Positions 26,669-41,400 of a stretch of DNA of 64,000 nt are shown piece by piece (position 1 is the stretch's first letter; every line of letters starts with the position of its first letter). Origin of the DNA: Octopus sinensis. Taxonomy: Eukaryota. The position numbers were made by a program, and so were the translations under genes. The notes beneath the pieces are model-generated. The model was not told where the DNA came from. It did not search any database and saw nothing but the letters and a program-made list of their open reading frames with translations. The DNA lies in NCBI RefSeq assembly GCF_006345805.1, contig NC_043005.1:44454001-44518000 (forward strand), read 5' to 3'.

Positions 26669-29231
26669 GCTGAGAAATGTATTTAGAGAAAATACTATGG
26701 GATTATAAGAGTTAATTTAAAAGTAAACATACATTTGTGACCCTATATTTCAAACAACTTCAAATAAATGTCTCTACACAACAAGTAGGTTGGGAGTAGA
26801 TCTGAACACAATAGCAGAATATGATTTGAAGTGGCTGGAAGAATTGCTCTTTCTGTTGGCAGCATAAGAACTCTCTCCAAAATTAATGGGTAACTTAAAA
26901 ACTGTGAAAAACAGTTGTTTATATAAGAGAAACTTAGGAACAAAACATGTTCTCATAGGATGAGGAACAATCTCTATGAACTGTGGAGTGTCTAATGTAA
27001 ATGACTTTATAAAACATAAGCTATAGTATTTACAACAGATGGTCATAATTCTTATGAAGATACTGTTTAAACATATGACATGTACACAATAATGAAGAAC
27101 TATCAACAGGTAGAGAACAGATAAAGTAGCAATAGAAGACATGAGGAAATCAATTATTGTGCAAGAGACAATTGATTTTGACTTGAATCAAGACATGAGT
27201 GAGAAGGCTAAAAGCAATGTCAAAATAAGGAATATGAGTTATGATATTAAATTACTAATGGGAGTTCATAAAATTCAGTTGTTCTCTCCATCATTTTCAT
27301 CCTAATCCTCAAATCAAGATGTTGTCTTTTGTTTTAGTATTTAGTAGGAGAAACAGGAGCAGCAACTATGAACTTTGAAAGCTCTTCCAGACTGGTGAGG
27401 TCGGTGCAGTTGGTGTGAAATTGGAATTTCAGTAGCAAAACTTTGGCAAGGATAGAATTCTATCATTTAGAGAGAAGAATAATTGGAAAAAAAAATAGCT
27501 ATCATAGGATTTGGTATGTTGGTGCACCAGGTCAGTTTGGATGGAGATGTTACATAGTTTATGAGTTCAGCAGAAAAAGAAGCCACTACTGTGTTAGCAG
27601 CAGAAAAAGGAAAGAAAAAAACATTGCATCTATGGGATAGAGCTTATGCAGTATGTTGATGAAAGATTTAGACATTGTTTAAGCAATCAAAGAAGTTTGT
27701 ATTCATTGAAGTTCACAACTTTAATTTTGGGCTCTTTCTTATTGTGTTAAGAACTATGTTAAGACCTTTTTTGTTTTACACAAAGGGAAAAGTATTGAAT
27801 CTGAGTTGAATTAAATAACTTATGACAACAAGTTTTAGATTAAAGGCTACTAAAAGTGCCTGTCTTTTCATTCTGTAGTAACTGATAAAAATAAACACAA
27901 AATGCATAAAAATTAGACGAAATTAAGTAATTCAGTTATTTCATTACTCTCGAACAGAAAAAGATTCTTTTTTTTTTTTAATAAATCCCATTTGATCTTT
28001 TGGAAAGTAATCACACCTGCTTAAAATTTAAATTTTTTAAAAATTAAACCAATGCCAACTCCTATATCTACAGTTTTTACAATAAACACAGCGGATTTTC
28101 AAGAATTAATTATCCATTAAAATATAATACTTCAATAAAGAATGATGCTGCATTTATCTTACTATGCAGCAATAAAAATCGAAGATAATAGTTCCTTAAA
28201 AGAGTGAATAGGTAGTTATCACAAAAGGGACCTTTTCAGACAAGTATGTGTTGGCATGTTCTGAAGAATTATCACTTCTTCTTAGCATATTATCATGCAG
28301 AAGCCACCAAGAAAATGGTGTAAATTGTTAGAAAAGACACAATAGATTGTCCTACAGAGGTGAAATTCAGTGCATATATAAGACTATTGAATTCATTGAA
28401 GTGAATATTCTATGCTTTACTAGCTAAATTCTTTTTTTTTAGCTCAAAGAACACGAAGATCAACTTAAATTCACTGAAGGTCAGTTAAATACCAATCATT
28501 CTAAGGATACAATTTGGAATAAGAATGATTCCTATAATTTGAAATCAGATTGGGTCTTCACAGAAATGAAATAATTACCCCCAAGTTGTTTCTCATATAT
28601 ATTTTTAAATCAGTGTTGATATGTGGTGGCAAAAATTAATATATGTAGCAACGAAAATCCAATAATGAGATGATTTTGTTTTTCATCTACAGAAGAAAAG
28701 GTTAAAATTTTCATCCATGCAGTAGTGCACTTTGTAAACATTTGCAAAACAAGATGAAATAATTTACTTGAATAAAATGCACGAAAATGATAACTTCATT
28801 TTGCTGATGCTCAAAGGAACATTTTAATAGCAACATGGCTCACCACCAAGATACATTAAAACGATGATACATGAAATAAGTCAATTATTTGTTTATTAAT
28901 ATTGTAAGAGTACATAAATTACTATGTGTTAATGGATTCCCTAATAGATATTAAGTTATTTGAGATATCAACCAAAAATATACATATACAACCAAAAGTC
29001 ATTTATTCTCTAAGGTATTTCAAAATTTATGGACAGACACTACCTACTGCAAAAAGAATAAAAAAACAGTAAAGGTTAATATAATTTATCTAATGCTACT
29101 ATAACTTACTGACAGGATCAATAATGTGTTAGACTAGAAATTAAATAGCCAATGGTTAGTATCCTTTCTTGGGAGTTACACTAAAGTTAAGAAGCTAAAT
29201 TCTAATCTATCCCTCTTAACCAAACTAAATG

Positions 29232-29454
29232 TTTAACTCTTTAGTATCTAAACCAGCCATATTGAACAAAAATATTCTACCTGTTTTATGTAGAAACCAG
29301 CCAGATCCAGCCTCTCACACTTACCCTACAATGTCACTCTAAAAATAAACACTCACATTGTTGACATCTCAAAGCTATAAGATGATGCATGATTAATTCA
29401 AAACACTGTGAATAAATAAGCACTACATTTGACATCAGAATGCTAAACAGTTAA
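29232..29454. mobile_element. piggyBac-type MITE
   Basis: ttaa-ctctttagtat ... aatgctaaacag-ttaa; paralogous to 11838-12060. Confidence 0.7.
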
Positions 29455-29764
29455 GTCCTTCCTGCAGTCTTGAAGAAAACAGGGGAAGTGTTCTAGTGCT
29501 CCATCTCAGACCACTCATGCCGGTCCTTTTGGTGAGTGTCACCAATGCATTTAGACACTGGTAGTGATTATCTGATTAGCAGCAAAATGTGATATTTGAT
29601 ATGCAATAGATTTCCTTAGTGAAAAGCTCTTGAAATCAGCAATTGCCCAGTAGAAACAAGTAATCAAAGATGTTATTCTTCACAAAATGGAAAATATAAA
29701 AATGTTATAGCTAAAAGCTTCAGTAAAAATCAAGACTTAAAGTTTACATTTCTATAACAAAGAC

Positions 29765-30980
29765 AATCATTTTCAACATGGTACAAAGCAACACATTTAG
29801 TGGGAGAGGTTATTAGTCAATTAAATCAATCTGAGCACCTAACAAAGACTTTATTTTATCAACCCCAGAAGGATAAAGGGGGCTTTAGCAGGATTTGAAC
29901 ATATACTGCAAAGCAATTTGTCCATTGCTCTAAGGGTTCTGCTAATCTATATAATTATAAAATTAACTACTCTATATAATTAACAACAACGATGATGACA
30001 ACAACAACAACAATAATAGTTTCAAATTTTTGCACAGGGCCAGCAATTTTTGAGGGGAGGTGTAAGTCGATTACATCAACCCTAGTGCTTGACTGGTACT
30101 TATTTTATTAACCGCAAAATGACAAAAGGTAAAGTTGATCTCCACAGAATTTGAGAATAATAATAAGAAAAGCTTCCCACTTAGGCATATGGCTTGCAGT
30201 TTTGAAGGGAGGAGATAACTTGACATCATTATCCCCAGTACTTAATTTGTTCTTTTTCAACCCCAGAGGAATGAAAGGAAAATTTGATCTCAGCAAAAGT
30301 TGAATTCGAATTGTAAAGAGTCAAGGAAATCCACAAGACAATTTATCTAACACTCTAACGGTTCTGCCAACTGAGGAATCACTGACCTAATACCAATTGA
30401 AAATAAACTATCAGAGCAAGCCTCATATCAACACCATTTCAGTTTTCATCCAGCTACACAAAATATCCTTTCTATTATAGGCACTTGGCCTGAAATTTTG
30501 GGAAGGAGCCAGTCGATTAGATCAACCCCAGGGCATAACTGGTAATTATTTAATCAACCCCGAAAGGATGAAATGCACAGTTGACCTCAGAACGTAGCGA
30601 CAGGCAAAATACTGCCAAGAATTTTGCCCAGTGCATTAACAATTCTACCATCTCACTGCCTTCTTGCCACACAAAATATGACAAACAATACAAATAAAAA
30701 CTATGTCAAACACAATATTAAAAGAGGAATGCCTACTTTGAACATAATACCTGTAAAATACAGGTTTCAAATTTTGGCACACGGCCAGCAATTTTGGGGG
30801 AGGAGGTAGGTCAGTTACATCTATCTCAGTCCTCAACTAATGCTTATTTTATCGACCCTGAAAAGATGAAAGGCAAAGTGGACCTCGGTGAAATTTGAAC
30901 TCAGAACATGAAGCAGACAAAACACCACTAAGCATTTTGCCCAGCATGCTATTGATTCTACCAGCTCACTGCCTTCATAC
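29765..30980 (-). mobile_element. Cluster of about 5 tandem SINE family B copies
   Basis: Repeated units like ttttggcac..ggccagcaatttt...accccgaaaggatgaaaggcaaagt...tttgaactcag, all in the same orientation. Confidence 0.85.
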
Positions 30981-32784
30981 CTGTAAAATATTAAAAATGA
31001 GCATGCAAAATTTGACATCTCCAGAAAGAAATACATGAAAATGAAGAAAATCTAAACCAGTTAAAAGTAAACTGCAGTCTGCAGGATTTTTTTGCAAATC
31101 ATACTGAACAAAAAATTACCGAGAATATTTTAATAGTATTACTGCCTGATGATGAACCCTGTCTCATGTGGCCCACTTCTCAAAAAAGATTTCTTATTCC
31201 TGATTCAAATAAAGGACAGGACTTTCCTGAAGTCTCACAGATAAATTGTAAAAAGCAAAAATAGAAATGGATGTCAGAGGAATACATTTATATTGTTCAT
31301 ACAAATTCTAAAATGTCTCTCTTAAGTCAAAATATGAAACTACAGCAATTTATTCCTGTAATATATTTTTTTGAAAAAAAATAGCTTAGATCTAAACACA
31401 GTGTTGGGCCTACTGAACAAGCTAACTCAAGAAAATATATTTTCATAGCCAAAAAATATGAAAACTCAAAGTAGAACATTTAAGAGAACACATAATGCAA
31501 ATGCAAATAACATGTACAAAACAGCAAAATATAAAAAAAAATGCATTAAAAACAAGGTAAAGGTAAAGAACGAAAAAGAAATTTTAAAAACAACCTAAAA
31601 CATCAACAGAATGATGAACAACAAAATCTGGACCAGAATAATGCAAAGAAAAATATAAATAAAAGGGAATACAAGGAAGATTAAAGAATAAGAAATTTTA
31701 AAAGTGGAAATCCTGAACATGACAATCTAAAGGTGGTAATTAACGAAATAAAAAGACCCTGAATGTACATCTCAGGGAAAAAAATTCAGTGATAAAGTCA
31801 CAATAGGAAAATGCAAACCTGGTCATCACACACTTAATGAAAACACAGGAAAATCAATTCACCAGGTTGACTTAATGTGGTTACTAAGGAAAAACAGAGT
31901 TTCTCTTAGGCATACTCTTACAGGAATATCATAAACCCAAGTAAACAAGGGAAACAAATATGAGACAGAAATAGAATAAATGAAAAAAAAAAATAGATCT
32001 CTCAGACTTTAATGAAATGACACAACTAGAAAAAAGATGAGACAAATATGACTACTTAGTAAAAAAAACAGTTAAAAACATGACAATAATTCTAAAAAAA
32101 GAAAACAGCATCTGGAATCAAAGAAATGCCTGAAACAAGAAAACTTCTATAAACTACAAAGACTGTGTGGGTATGAAAACAACAGTGATTCTTTGAGATA
32201 AAAAAAAAAGGAAAATTGTTCAACTAAATAAAAGAAATCAATCAGTAACAGAAGCTGAAGAATTCTGAGAAGAAACAGGAACAGTGAAGGGATTCCAACA
32301 GATGAGATTATTCAAAACAATGAACACAGTATCTGAACAATTTAAGGTTGGAGAATCACAGCAACACAAACGGCTGAAAAATTAAAATAAACAGTGGGAA
32401 GGTTGCAACTATCCGTGATTCTTCTTCGGAATTGTAAAGTAGTGAAGTGATTTCCCATTGCTATCTTCACTGCAGATGATGGCCACACTTAATCAAGATC
32501 TACGTTGTCTCTCACTCAAGGGTCATCCATCGCGACACCTATATTGCTACCTGATGCAGAGTATGGCTTAGGCTTATTTAAAGGTGGCCTAAATTTGCCC
32601 TACCACAATAACATCCTTGGAGATATTTCATTTTTTATTATCCCATTGGTATCACCCAAACAGCATCCGAGCCCCCAGCAGCTGCTGTATTTCCCTTTCA
32701 GTCATCTTTTACGACACACAGAGGATATGTGGGAGGTATTCGTCTAAAGCCCCATCCCCAGGCACCTTCCCATTTTTTGGTCAA

Positions 32785-33140
32785 ATAACATCAGAAATGA
32801 AAAGGTGCTTCGAGAGCTGTGAAATATTGAAGACAGCATGGACACAGTGTATAATGAGGAAGTGCTGACCCACTGTGGTAACTAGGAAATTGCTTCATGA
32901 GATTAGAGCCAAACAACTGAGATTTCTTGGTCATGTGATGAAGAACTGGGGCCTGGAGAATTTAGCAATGACCAGAAAGATTGAAGGGACCAGAAGCAGA
33001 AGATGGAGAAGGATGATATGAATGTTTTAAGCTGATGAACTGGTTGGAAGAAAGAGGCATTAAACATCAGTAAGCGGAACTATTAAAGTAAACAGAGAAC
33101 AGAGAATTGTCACAGGACATGATTGTTTAGCTACTATGTC
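32785..33140 (+). mobile_element. RTE LINE RT C-terminal remnant
   Basis: ILKTAWT..NEEVL and IRAKQLRFLGHVMKNWGLENLAMTRKIEGTRSR. Confidence 0.8.
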
Positions 33141-33164
33141 CTACATTCTGGACATAGTAGCTAA

Positions 33165-33510
33165 AGAAGAATTGGAAAGATATCAGGACAGGGTAAAATG
33201 CCAAACTTCTGGTCAAGATGTATAACAGACACACAATAAGTAAGTTTGTTTAATGAGATACCAATAAAACAGCAGACAACAACTGTGTAAACAAATGGCA
33301 GAAAAAGTCTCACAAAAATGCAAACTGACCTTACTCTGAGATATGCTAATCCAGAGGACAAGAAGATCAGAGCTAATACTCCAGACATTTGTAGTCAAAG
33401 ATCACCAAGAAAAGTAGTGCCTCATAATTGAAGTATTACCCCTGATACAGCATAAAAGGTATAACAAAGAAATGGAGGAATTATCCAAATAGACAGCAGT
33501 GGAAATAGAC
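33165..33510 (+). mobile_element. R4/NeSL-type non-LTR restriction-like endonuclease remnant
   Basis: LL*DMLIQ/DKKIRANTPDI/VVKDHQEK*CLIIEV matches the RLE motif LWD..I.TD..I.ANRPDIVV.D...K.C.LIDV. Confidence 0.7.
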
Positions 33511-33575
33511 ATAACCAAGCACAATATATATATATATATATAAATAATATATAATATAATATAAATAATATAAAA

Positions 33576-33855
33576 ATATTCTGTTGTGTCTGGGGAGAGT
33601 CATTTTCTTTTTGTGCCTTATAATGTAACACACTTACTGGTAAAATTTCCACCAATTTCTTATTTTATTTTCCTAAAATTTTCGTTGCATCTTGCAACCT
33701 TTTCAATAGTCTTGTCTCTTGAAAAGACTATTGAAAAGGTTGCAAGATGCAACGAAAATTTTAGGAAAATAAAATAAGAAATTAGTGGAAATTTTACCAG
33801 GCAACATTGTAAGGCACAAAAAGAAAATGACTCTCCCCAAAACACAACAGAATAT
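33576..33855. repeat. Long fold-back palindrome (60-bp perfect core, ~135-bp arms)
   Basis: 33654-33713 is the exact reverse complement of 33724-33783 with a 10-nt loop. The outer arms are imperfect. Confidence 0.95.
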
Positions 33856-34054
33856 GCTTCAACAGACGAACTCATATAAAGAATCTAGCAGACCAAATCC
33901 AAAAGCGAAATATATAAATATATGTATGTATATGTGCATGTATTTATTTATTATTTATATTATTATATGATCGAACGCCATACATCATTTTCCAAGTAAG
34001 TTTTATCTGTGTGTATGTGTGTGTGTGTTCTAATAGTATAAGAGTAAATACAAA

Positions 34055-34447
34055 ATTTAGCTGTGTTGTAAGAAGTTTGCTTTCCACTTTGCCTTCCATT
34101 GACATAGTTCCAAGTTCAGTCCCATTGTATGGCACCTTGGGTATGTGTTTTCTACTATAGCCACAGACTGACCAAAGTCTTGTGAGTGGATTTGGTAGAC
34201 AGAAACTGAAAGAAGTCCACTGTGTGTATATATACGTGTGTGTTTGTCTTTTGTCTTTGTTTGTTCTCTACCACTGCTTGACAATTATGTCCCCATAAGT
34301 TAGCAGTTTGGCAAAAGAGACACAAGAATAAGTACTGGGCTTGAAATTAAAACTACTGGGATCGATTCATTCGACTAAAAAGTTCTTAGAGGCAATGCCC
34401 CAGCATGGCCTCAGTCTATTGACTGAAACAAATGAAAGATAAAAGAT
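34055..34447 (+). mobile_element. SINE family A (older copy)
   Basis: Collinear with 42639-43040, with many CpG transitions. Confidence 0.85.
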
Positions 34448-34563
34448 GAAACCAACAGAAAACACCACACAAACCTAAAACCCCACCAAAATGCACTTGG
34501 TAGAGCAGTGAAAGCACACAATAAAAATATGACAATTGGATGATGATGATGATGATGATAATA

Positions 34564-34610
<47 letters not shown>

Positions 34611-35242
34611 AATAATAATTAATTTTAAACTTTAAAGAAATTTTCTCATATCTCTATGTCCTTCTTAAAACCTAACATTTTTTTTTTCTTGAATTTTGAC
34701 AATAGCTCAGTCAGTCAATTCTTAAATACAACTGTAATTGATATTACAAAACTTCATTAGTATTATCTTTTTAACTCGATTCTCTCTTTCTTTTTTTTCT
34801 TCTTCTTCTTCTTCTCCTTTTTACTGCCTTCATTAATTATGCAACTTGGCTACATTTGGAACTACATTAAACACATAAACAATACCGATATGAGGTGAAT
34901 CAGTTCGATACATCATATCTACTGACATTTAGTAGCTCAAAGCTTAATTCAATGAAGCAGGTGTTTATAGATAAAATACACAAAAAAGCTTCACAAAAAA
35001 ACCCTTTGAAAACTACATATGCATACAGACATACATACATGTATTTATGTGTATATATATGTGTGTGTATATATGTGTATATATGTGTGTGTATGTGTGT
35101 GTGTATATATATATATAATATATGCACACACAAATATATATACACACACATACACACACAAACATGTATATGCATACTAACATACACATGTATACATACA
35201 CTAAACAAGTGTGAGAGCATGTGAGTATACATGCACATATAT

Positions 35243-35575
35243 ATGGCTCAGTGGTTCAAGCATCAGATCACAATCATGGATAGTGAGTTCGATTCCCAGA
35301 CCAGGCTGTATGATGTGTTCTTGACCAAGACCCTTTAGTTTATGTTGCCACAGTTCACTCAGCTGTAGAAATGAGTAGCAACATCAGTGGTGCCAAGCTG
35401 TATCAGCCTTTGCTTTTCCCTTGGATAACATTGGTGGCATGGAGAGAGGAAGCTGGTATGCATGGGTAACTGCTGGTCTTCCATAAACCACCTTGACTGA
35501 ACTTGTGCCATAGAGGGCAACTTACTAGGTGCAATCCCATGGTCATTCATGACCAAAGGGGGTCTTTACAGTTCA
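35243..35575 (+). mobile_element. tRNA-derived SINE family C
   Basis: A box TGGCTCAGTGG and B box GAGTTCGATTCC; collinear with 62400-62720. Confidence 0.85.
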
Positions 35576-36187
35576 CCCTGTATATACACTCATATTTATG
35601 CACATACATACACATATGTGAAAGTGTATGGCCTAGTTATTTGAGTGTTGCACTCAATGATCACTGTAACATGGGTTCGATTTCCAGACTGGTTGAGCAT
35701 TATGTTCTGGAGCAGAACAACTTCATTTCATGGTGCTTCAGTCCACTTCACTGTTAACAGGTAACCCTGTGATGGACTGATGTTCTATCAGGGGGAATGT
35801 TGGCCTGCCTGCCTGCCAGCCTAACCAGTGGGTGGAGAGTGGCATCATTTGAATGTTACAACAATGTAGGGAAGTGCATTGTGACTAGTGGTGTGTAACC
35901 TACATCCAACAATCTGATCAATGTTGTGATACCATGAGATAATTGGCACATAAAAAACACCCATAAAACCACCAGTAAAAAAACACGTGTAAAAACACAT
36001 AAAAGCACCTATGCCAGTTCCACGTAAAAAGCACCTGGTACAATCTGTAAAGTTATTGATGTTAAGAAGGGAATCCAGCCATAGAAGCCAAGGCTGAAAC
36101 TCTCCTGCTCACCAGTTCTCTGTCAATCCATCCAACCCAAGCCAGCATAGAAAATGGATATTAAATGACAATGATGATGATGATATA

Positions 36188-36725
36188 AACGATTGTGGGC
36201 TGAAAAGATAATAGGCTGACTATGAAGGGCCGATGCTAGAGCTGTGAAATCATACATGCATTAATTTCAACCCTTCTTATTAATAAATGGATTGTTTCTT
36301 TTCAGGTAAACTGACATCTGGCTGTTCAAGAAGACTTCAAAAATAACTAGTTACAATTTCTCTTGAAAATATACAAAATTTGGCATGTGGTGTTACCAAA
36401 TACCTGCAGAAAAAGGGTTTAGCCCCCATTCATGTTAACATGCTTGCTATATTAGGGGAAGACACTCCAGCTTTATGAATTGTGCAAAAGTGGGTAGCTG
36501 AATTTAAAAGGGGAAAGACAGTCTTGAAGATGACCCAAGGTCTGGACATCCTGCAACTGTTGCCACTGATGAAAACATTGATCATGTTCACCACAGTGAT
36601 GGATAACAGGCAATTGATTGTAAATCAAATAGCCAATGCTATAAGTATATCCCATGAAATAGTTGAGGATATTCTGCACAATGAACTTGGCATGACAAAG
36701 GTTTCAGCTTGGTGAGTGCTATGTC
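36188..36725 (+). mobile_element. Mariner 5' fragment (HTH region pseudogene)
   Basis: KYLQKKGLAP, VQKWVAEFKRG, EDDPRSGHP and ILHNELGMTKVSAW* (degenerate WVP motif). Confidence 0.88.
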
Positions 36726-38699
36726 TTTACAAAATCTTAAAAAGACACCATGTAAATTGGTAACTCAGGTTATTTTTTATCCTTGCTCTTACCTTTTACT
36801 CATTTCAGTCATTGGACCATGGTCATGCTGAGGCACCACTTTTAAGGGTTTTGTTTGAGAAAATGAACTCCATTATTTACAATTTTAAAGCTTGGTATTT
36901 ATTCTATCAGTTATTTAGCTGAACTTCTAAGTTATGGGGACATAAACAAAATAAAATACCAGTTGCCAAGCAGTGGTAAGGGACAAATACAATTGCACAC
37001 ACACACACACACACATACACGCACATACACACACACAAACACATGCACACACACACACACACTCACATAGATGCATACATACATACATACATACATAAAT
37101 GTGTGTATCACAAGCTTATTTAAGTTTTTATTTGATTCCACTCACAAACTTTTAGTTGACCCGGAGGCTTAGTACAAGATACTTGCCCAGAGTGTCACAT
37201 AGTGGGATTGAACCTGAGACCATGTACTTGTTTAGAGAAAAACACATAAAATAATCAAGTGTTTATATGTCTTTGTATTAGTTTATGTATTTACAGAGTT
37301 TCAGCTAAAACTTGTATTGTTCAATACAGATACTTTTTTGTCTATTTACCTATCTTGCTAAGTGCTCAATTTAGCATTTGATTCAACTAGCAACTAGCCT
37401 AAGCACTAATAATACTATGCAAACTGGGTTCAACAGTTTATAATACCTTTTGTTAGTAAATCTATTGATAACATTTATTCAAGTACAATACTTAATAGTA
37501 TTATATTTCGAATAGTAAACAATAATATATATATATACATAATTGCCATATGCAATATATATATATATACGTATATCAAATATACACTAAGTATATATTA
37601 CTAATATATACTATGTATACACATATCAATTGTATACAATAATAGTATTGCATTAAGTACAATAAGACGATACATGCTTTTTTGCTAGTTAATGTTAAAA
37701 GTATATACTTTATCTATACACTAGGTCATAATGTAGGTGACAGGTTATTTAAATATAGCAAATGTTTGTTGAATATTAGTTTGAAAAGCCTGAAATGATT
37801 TGAAAGCCTGTTAAGCTTCAGAAGGATTTGTATGTGATTGCACTAAGTCCGAGTTCTGCTACCTAGGGGTAAGACCTGATTATATGTGTAATTTAATTAT
37901 TGGCTTCGCATTTTGGCACAAGGCCAGCAATTTCTGGGGAGTGGGTAGGTTGATTACATCAATGTCAACAATCAACTGGTACTTATCTTATTGACTGCAA
38001 AAAGGTGGAAAAACAAAGTCAACCTCAGCAGAATTTGAACTCAGACCATCAAGAAGGAAGAAATTCCACCAAGCATTTTACCTGGTGTGTTAATGATTTT
38101 GCCTGCTCACCACCTTACAAGTGGTTTAAATATTACTGTAAATAATGACTGAAGGCTATTCAGGAATATACCAAATATAAAGGAAACAAATATAGGAAAC
38201 TGGATAAGAATAAATTGGTTTAAATTGGAGTGGAATTAGTTTTTAGTTAGCAAGAGACTAAGGAATATATTAATGCATTGCAAGGTAAATACATTATAGT
38301 ACCAAGAGATAAGGCTGCAGGGAATTTTGTTATTATTTGATTATGTCACTCAGTCTATGACACACAGAGAGTATACATAAATGGTAACATGTCCAACATG
38401 TCATCCACCAGATGCACTAATTCATAGAGAATTGCTTGGAAGAAAGCCCAGTCAAGCAGAGGCAGGCAGAGCCTCTGCTTGACCTTACAAACATGCTGTT
38501 CCTGAAGAAAGTAGTGCTCCACTCAACAAGGGATGAAAATGTCCTGCACTAAAAGAGAATGACTCTCCCCAGACACAACAGAATAATATTACAGAGTTCA
38601 TCCATAATGTTAGGGTGACACCAAGAATTTTCGTAATCCATAACTTGGTGAGAATGGCCAATCAACAAAAAGACATAATTCTCTGCAACAGGAGAATAC

Positions 38700-40295
38700 T
38701 AATGAGACAAAGAATAAAGATCTCAAATCATTTAAAAAAAAAGAGGCCGTTAAAGGATAGTGAAGAATCCTGTCTCAAGCAAACAGTACCTGATATTGAA
38801 AATGGATTCAACCATTCCTATGAAGAGAAGAAAGCAGAAGAAAGAAGCCAAGGCTATAAAAAGATACACATTCAAACCCTAGAGATTTCTATAGATGTAC
38901 AAAAAGAGTCTGCTTCAGTACAGTTCAAGTTAAAGTTTCTGTTCAAAGTAAATGCCTCACTGAATGATAAGTGAAATACAACTTGTGCTATACAAAATTT
39001 TTTTCACAGCTTTGTTGGGACAATTGAAAATAATTATACCTGAAGAGTTCCTTGACACCACAGATTTAAATGAAGGGATGGCAACAATTGATTACATTGA
39101 AATAAAGGAAACTTAAATTCAGCTACTGGCCCTGAGGGATTCCCAGCAATCCTCCAAAAAACATGCAAATGAGCAAGACCACTACAGACCCTTTTTTAAA
39201 GCTTCCTCACAAGTGATAAACTTGCCTAAGAAAGCATAATATATTCTCTCCTTAAAGGAGAAAGCAGATGAAACTGCTAAAATTATGACATGTTTCTCTA
39301 CTCTCACATATCAGCAAGGTGGAACAAATTGCCAGGGAAGCTGATCATGTCCCTAGAAAAAATTACTTGCTTCCTAACTCCCAGCATGGCTTCCACTTGA
39401 GAAGAAGCTGCTTTACACAGCTTCTGCAACATTATGATTGGGTATTGAAACAACTTATGAATTGCCCAAAATGGATGCGGTATATCTTGATTTTGCAAAG
39501 GCTTCCAATAAGGTTGGTTATGAGATAATGTATTACAAACCATGTAGACTTGGTAAAGTTGGAAAACTGGTAGGGTAGTTAGATGACTTTTTAAAAGACA
39601 GAAGTCAGATTGTAGCAGCCAATGAAACCATCACAAAAGAGACATTACTAGTGAGTGGAGTGCCTCTGGGAACAGTCTCAAGGCCACTGCTGTCTGTGGC
39701 AACTCTCTCTCAGACATGCCATCAGTTATACAGCAGCTATTCTAAGTTATACTGATGATACAAAAGAAACACAAGCAGTCAAGAATCCTTTTGAAGCTAA
39801 TTTTCTACAGAAAGATGTAAATGCCATATATAAATGGAATGAAGAAAATAACATGATGTTTAATGTATGAAAATTCCAAAGCCCTGTGCTGTCAACCAGC
39901 ATGTATCAACAGACATTTCAGACCAGAAGGAATGGCAATCCCAGAGTCAAACTCAGTGCATATCCTGGGATTGATATTAACAACTATGCTTCTTTCCACG
40001 TACATATCACTAAGATGGTGGTAAAGTGCAAGCAAATAGTTGGATGGATTCTGAGAAATTTCAGAACAAGGGATCAGGAAACTATGCTGATCCCATGAAG
40101 GATTTTTGCCCTCAGCTGTCTGGACTATTGCTCTCACCTATCATCACTCCACTGTGTCAAATTAATAGTTGAACTTGAAGCTATTCTATGATGCTACACC
40201 AAGATTGCATCAATGAGACAGTTGAGCCATTGGAAAAGGCTGAAAGATTTACAACTATACTCAATGGAGTGAAGACAGGAAAGATATGCATCATT
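38700..40295 (+). mobile_element. CR1-group LINE ORF2 pseudogene
   Basis: SQHGFHLRRSCFTQLL, DAVYLDFAKA, SGVPLGTV, SYTDDTK, ILRNFRTRD and LDYCS, with many frameshifts. Confidence 0.9.
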
Positions 40296-40521
40296 GATAT
40301 ATATATATATATATATATTCAACAATTGAGGGTAAAATTAATTAATTATTAATCAATTTTACCAAGTATTCAGTATGTAAAGGGACCATTTAAGGCGAAT
40401 TCAAATTATTACATTATATAGAATTATTACATATATTAGAAATAGTTTTAAAAAATTCTTTTAGCTGCTATTTCTAATGAGTTCAGTATGTGGCAAAGTA
40501 ATTTATTTTACTAAGCCCTTT

Positions 40522-40585
<64 letters not shown>

Positions 40586-40614
40586 TATATATAATATATA
40601 TATATATATGAAAG

Positions 40615-41400
40615 ATCCTGGAAACGCTGGCACCAAAACTTTACATTGAAAGTCATCCAACCACCAAACAGTATGTCACTACAGCTTACCAAGGATCCAC
40701 TCATTGTTTTGGCATAACTTTACTGGCACAACAGATTTCACTCTTCTCTTATTTATCTCCTCAGTATGATCCTCCCAAGAAATAGTGTTCCAAGAGAATC
40801 ATATGCTTGGATGCTTCTAAGATCAGAACTGTGTTTGAATTTAGTAATGTTGAGATAATGAGATGTCAGTTTTAAGGAATGTCAGTTGCTTTTCGAGGTC
40901 ACCTTTCAACACCCAGCCTTGTGCCATTGTTAGTTCGCCTGGGTAGCTGGACTGGTAGTTAGCATCATCTTCAAACCAGCCTTGACAATAGCAATATCCT
41001 TTATTGAGCAGAGATGCTGGTAAAAGCCAATCTTACTGTGGATGGTTTCTACTATGGTTTTCAGATCCTGGTCATGAGCATTGCCCAGAATTTTGTGACA
41101 GCTACAGAGGGTGTACTCCAGGGTCTCTCTCAAGCACAAGAAACAGGCTTGTGACTTTCATCTTCCCAAGCTAAACAACTTGGATATGCTCAATAGGTTG
41201 TTGTAAACTGCCTGAATCAGGTATTTTATCCAGAATTGCTCAGCTCTCCAAAGCTCAGGCAAACCAAGGTCTTTAGCACCACATCCCGACACTCTTGCAG
41301 GCTCATTCCTCATCAGTTGATGCTCACAGCTCATTCCAGATCAGTAAACTCCTGTCATTGCACCTTAACAGAGTGTAGTGCTGTGTTGCTACTCAGACCA
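40615..41400 (-). mobile_element. HERO-clade non-LTR retrotransposon remnant (CCHC plus RLE region)
   Basis: LWRAEQFWIKYLIQAVYNNL, ACFLCLRETLEYTLCSC..HDQDLKTI, WVLKGDLEKQL, then a degenerate LLE..WED..EE. Confidence 0.78.

Noticed and set aside
31146-31200. CTGATGA motif (also at 57284)
   Set aside because: No properly placed stem II and GAAA.
31400-32780. A-rich degenerate coding-like sequence (EAEEF*EE, QQMRLFK)
   Set aside because: Probably scrambled non-LTR retrotransposon remains, but too decayed to assign or delimit.
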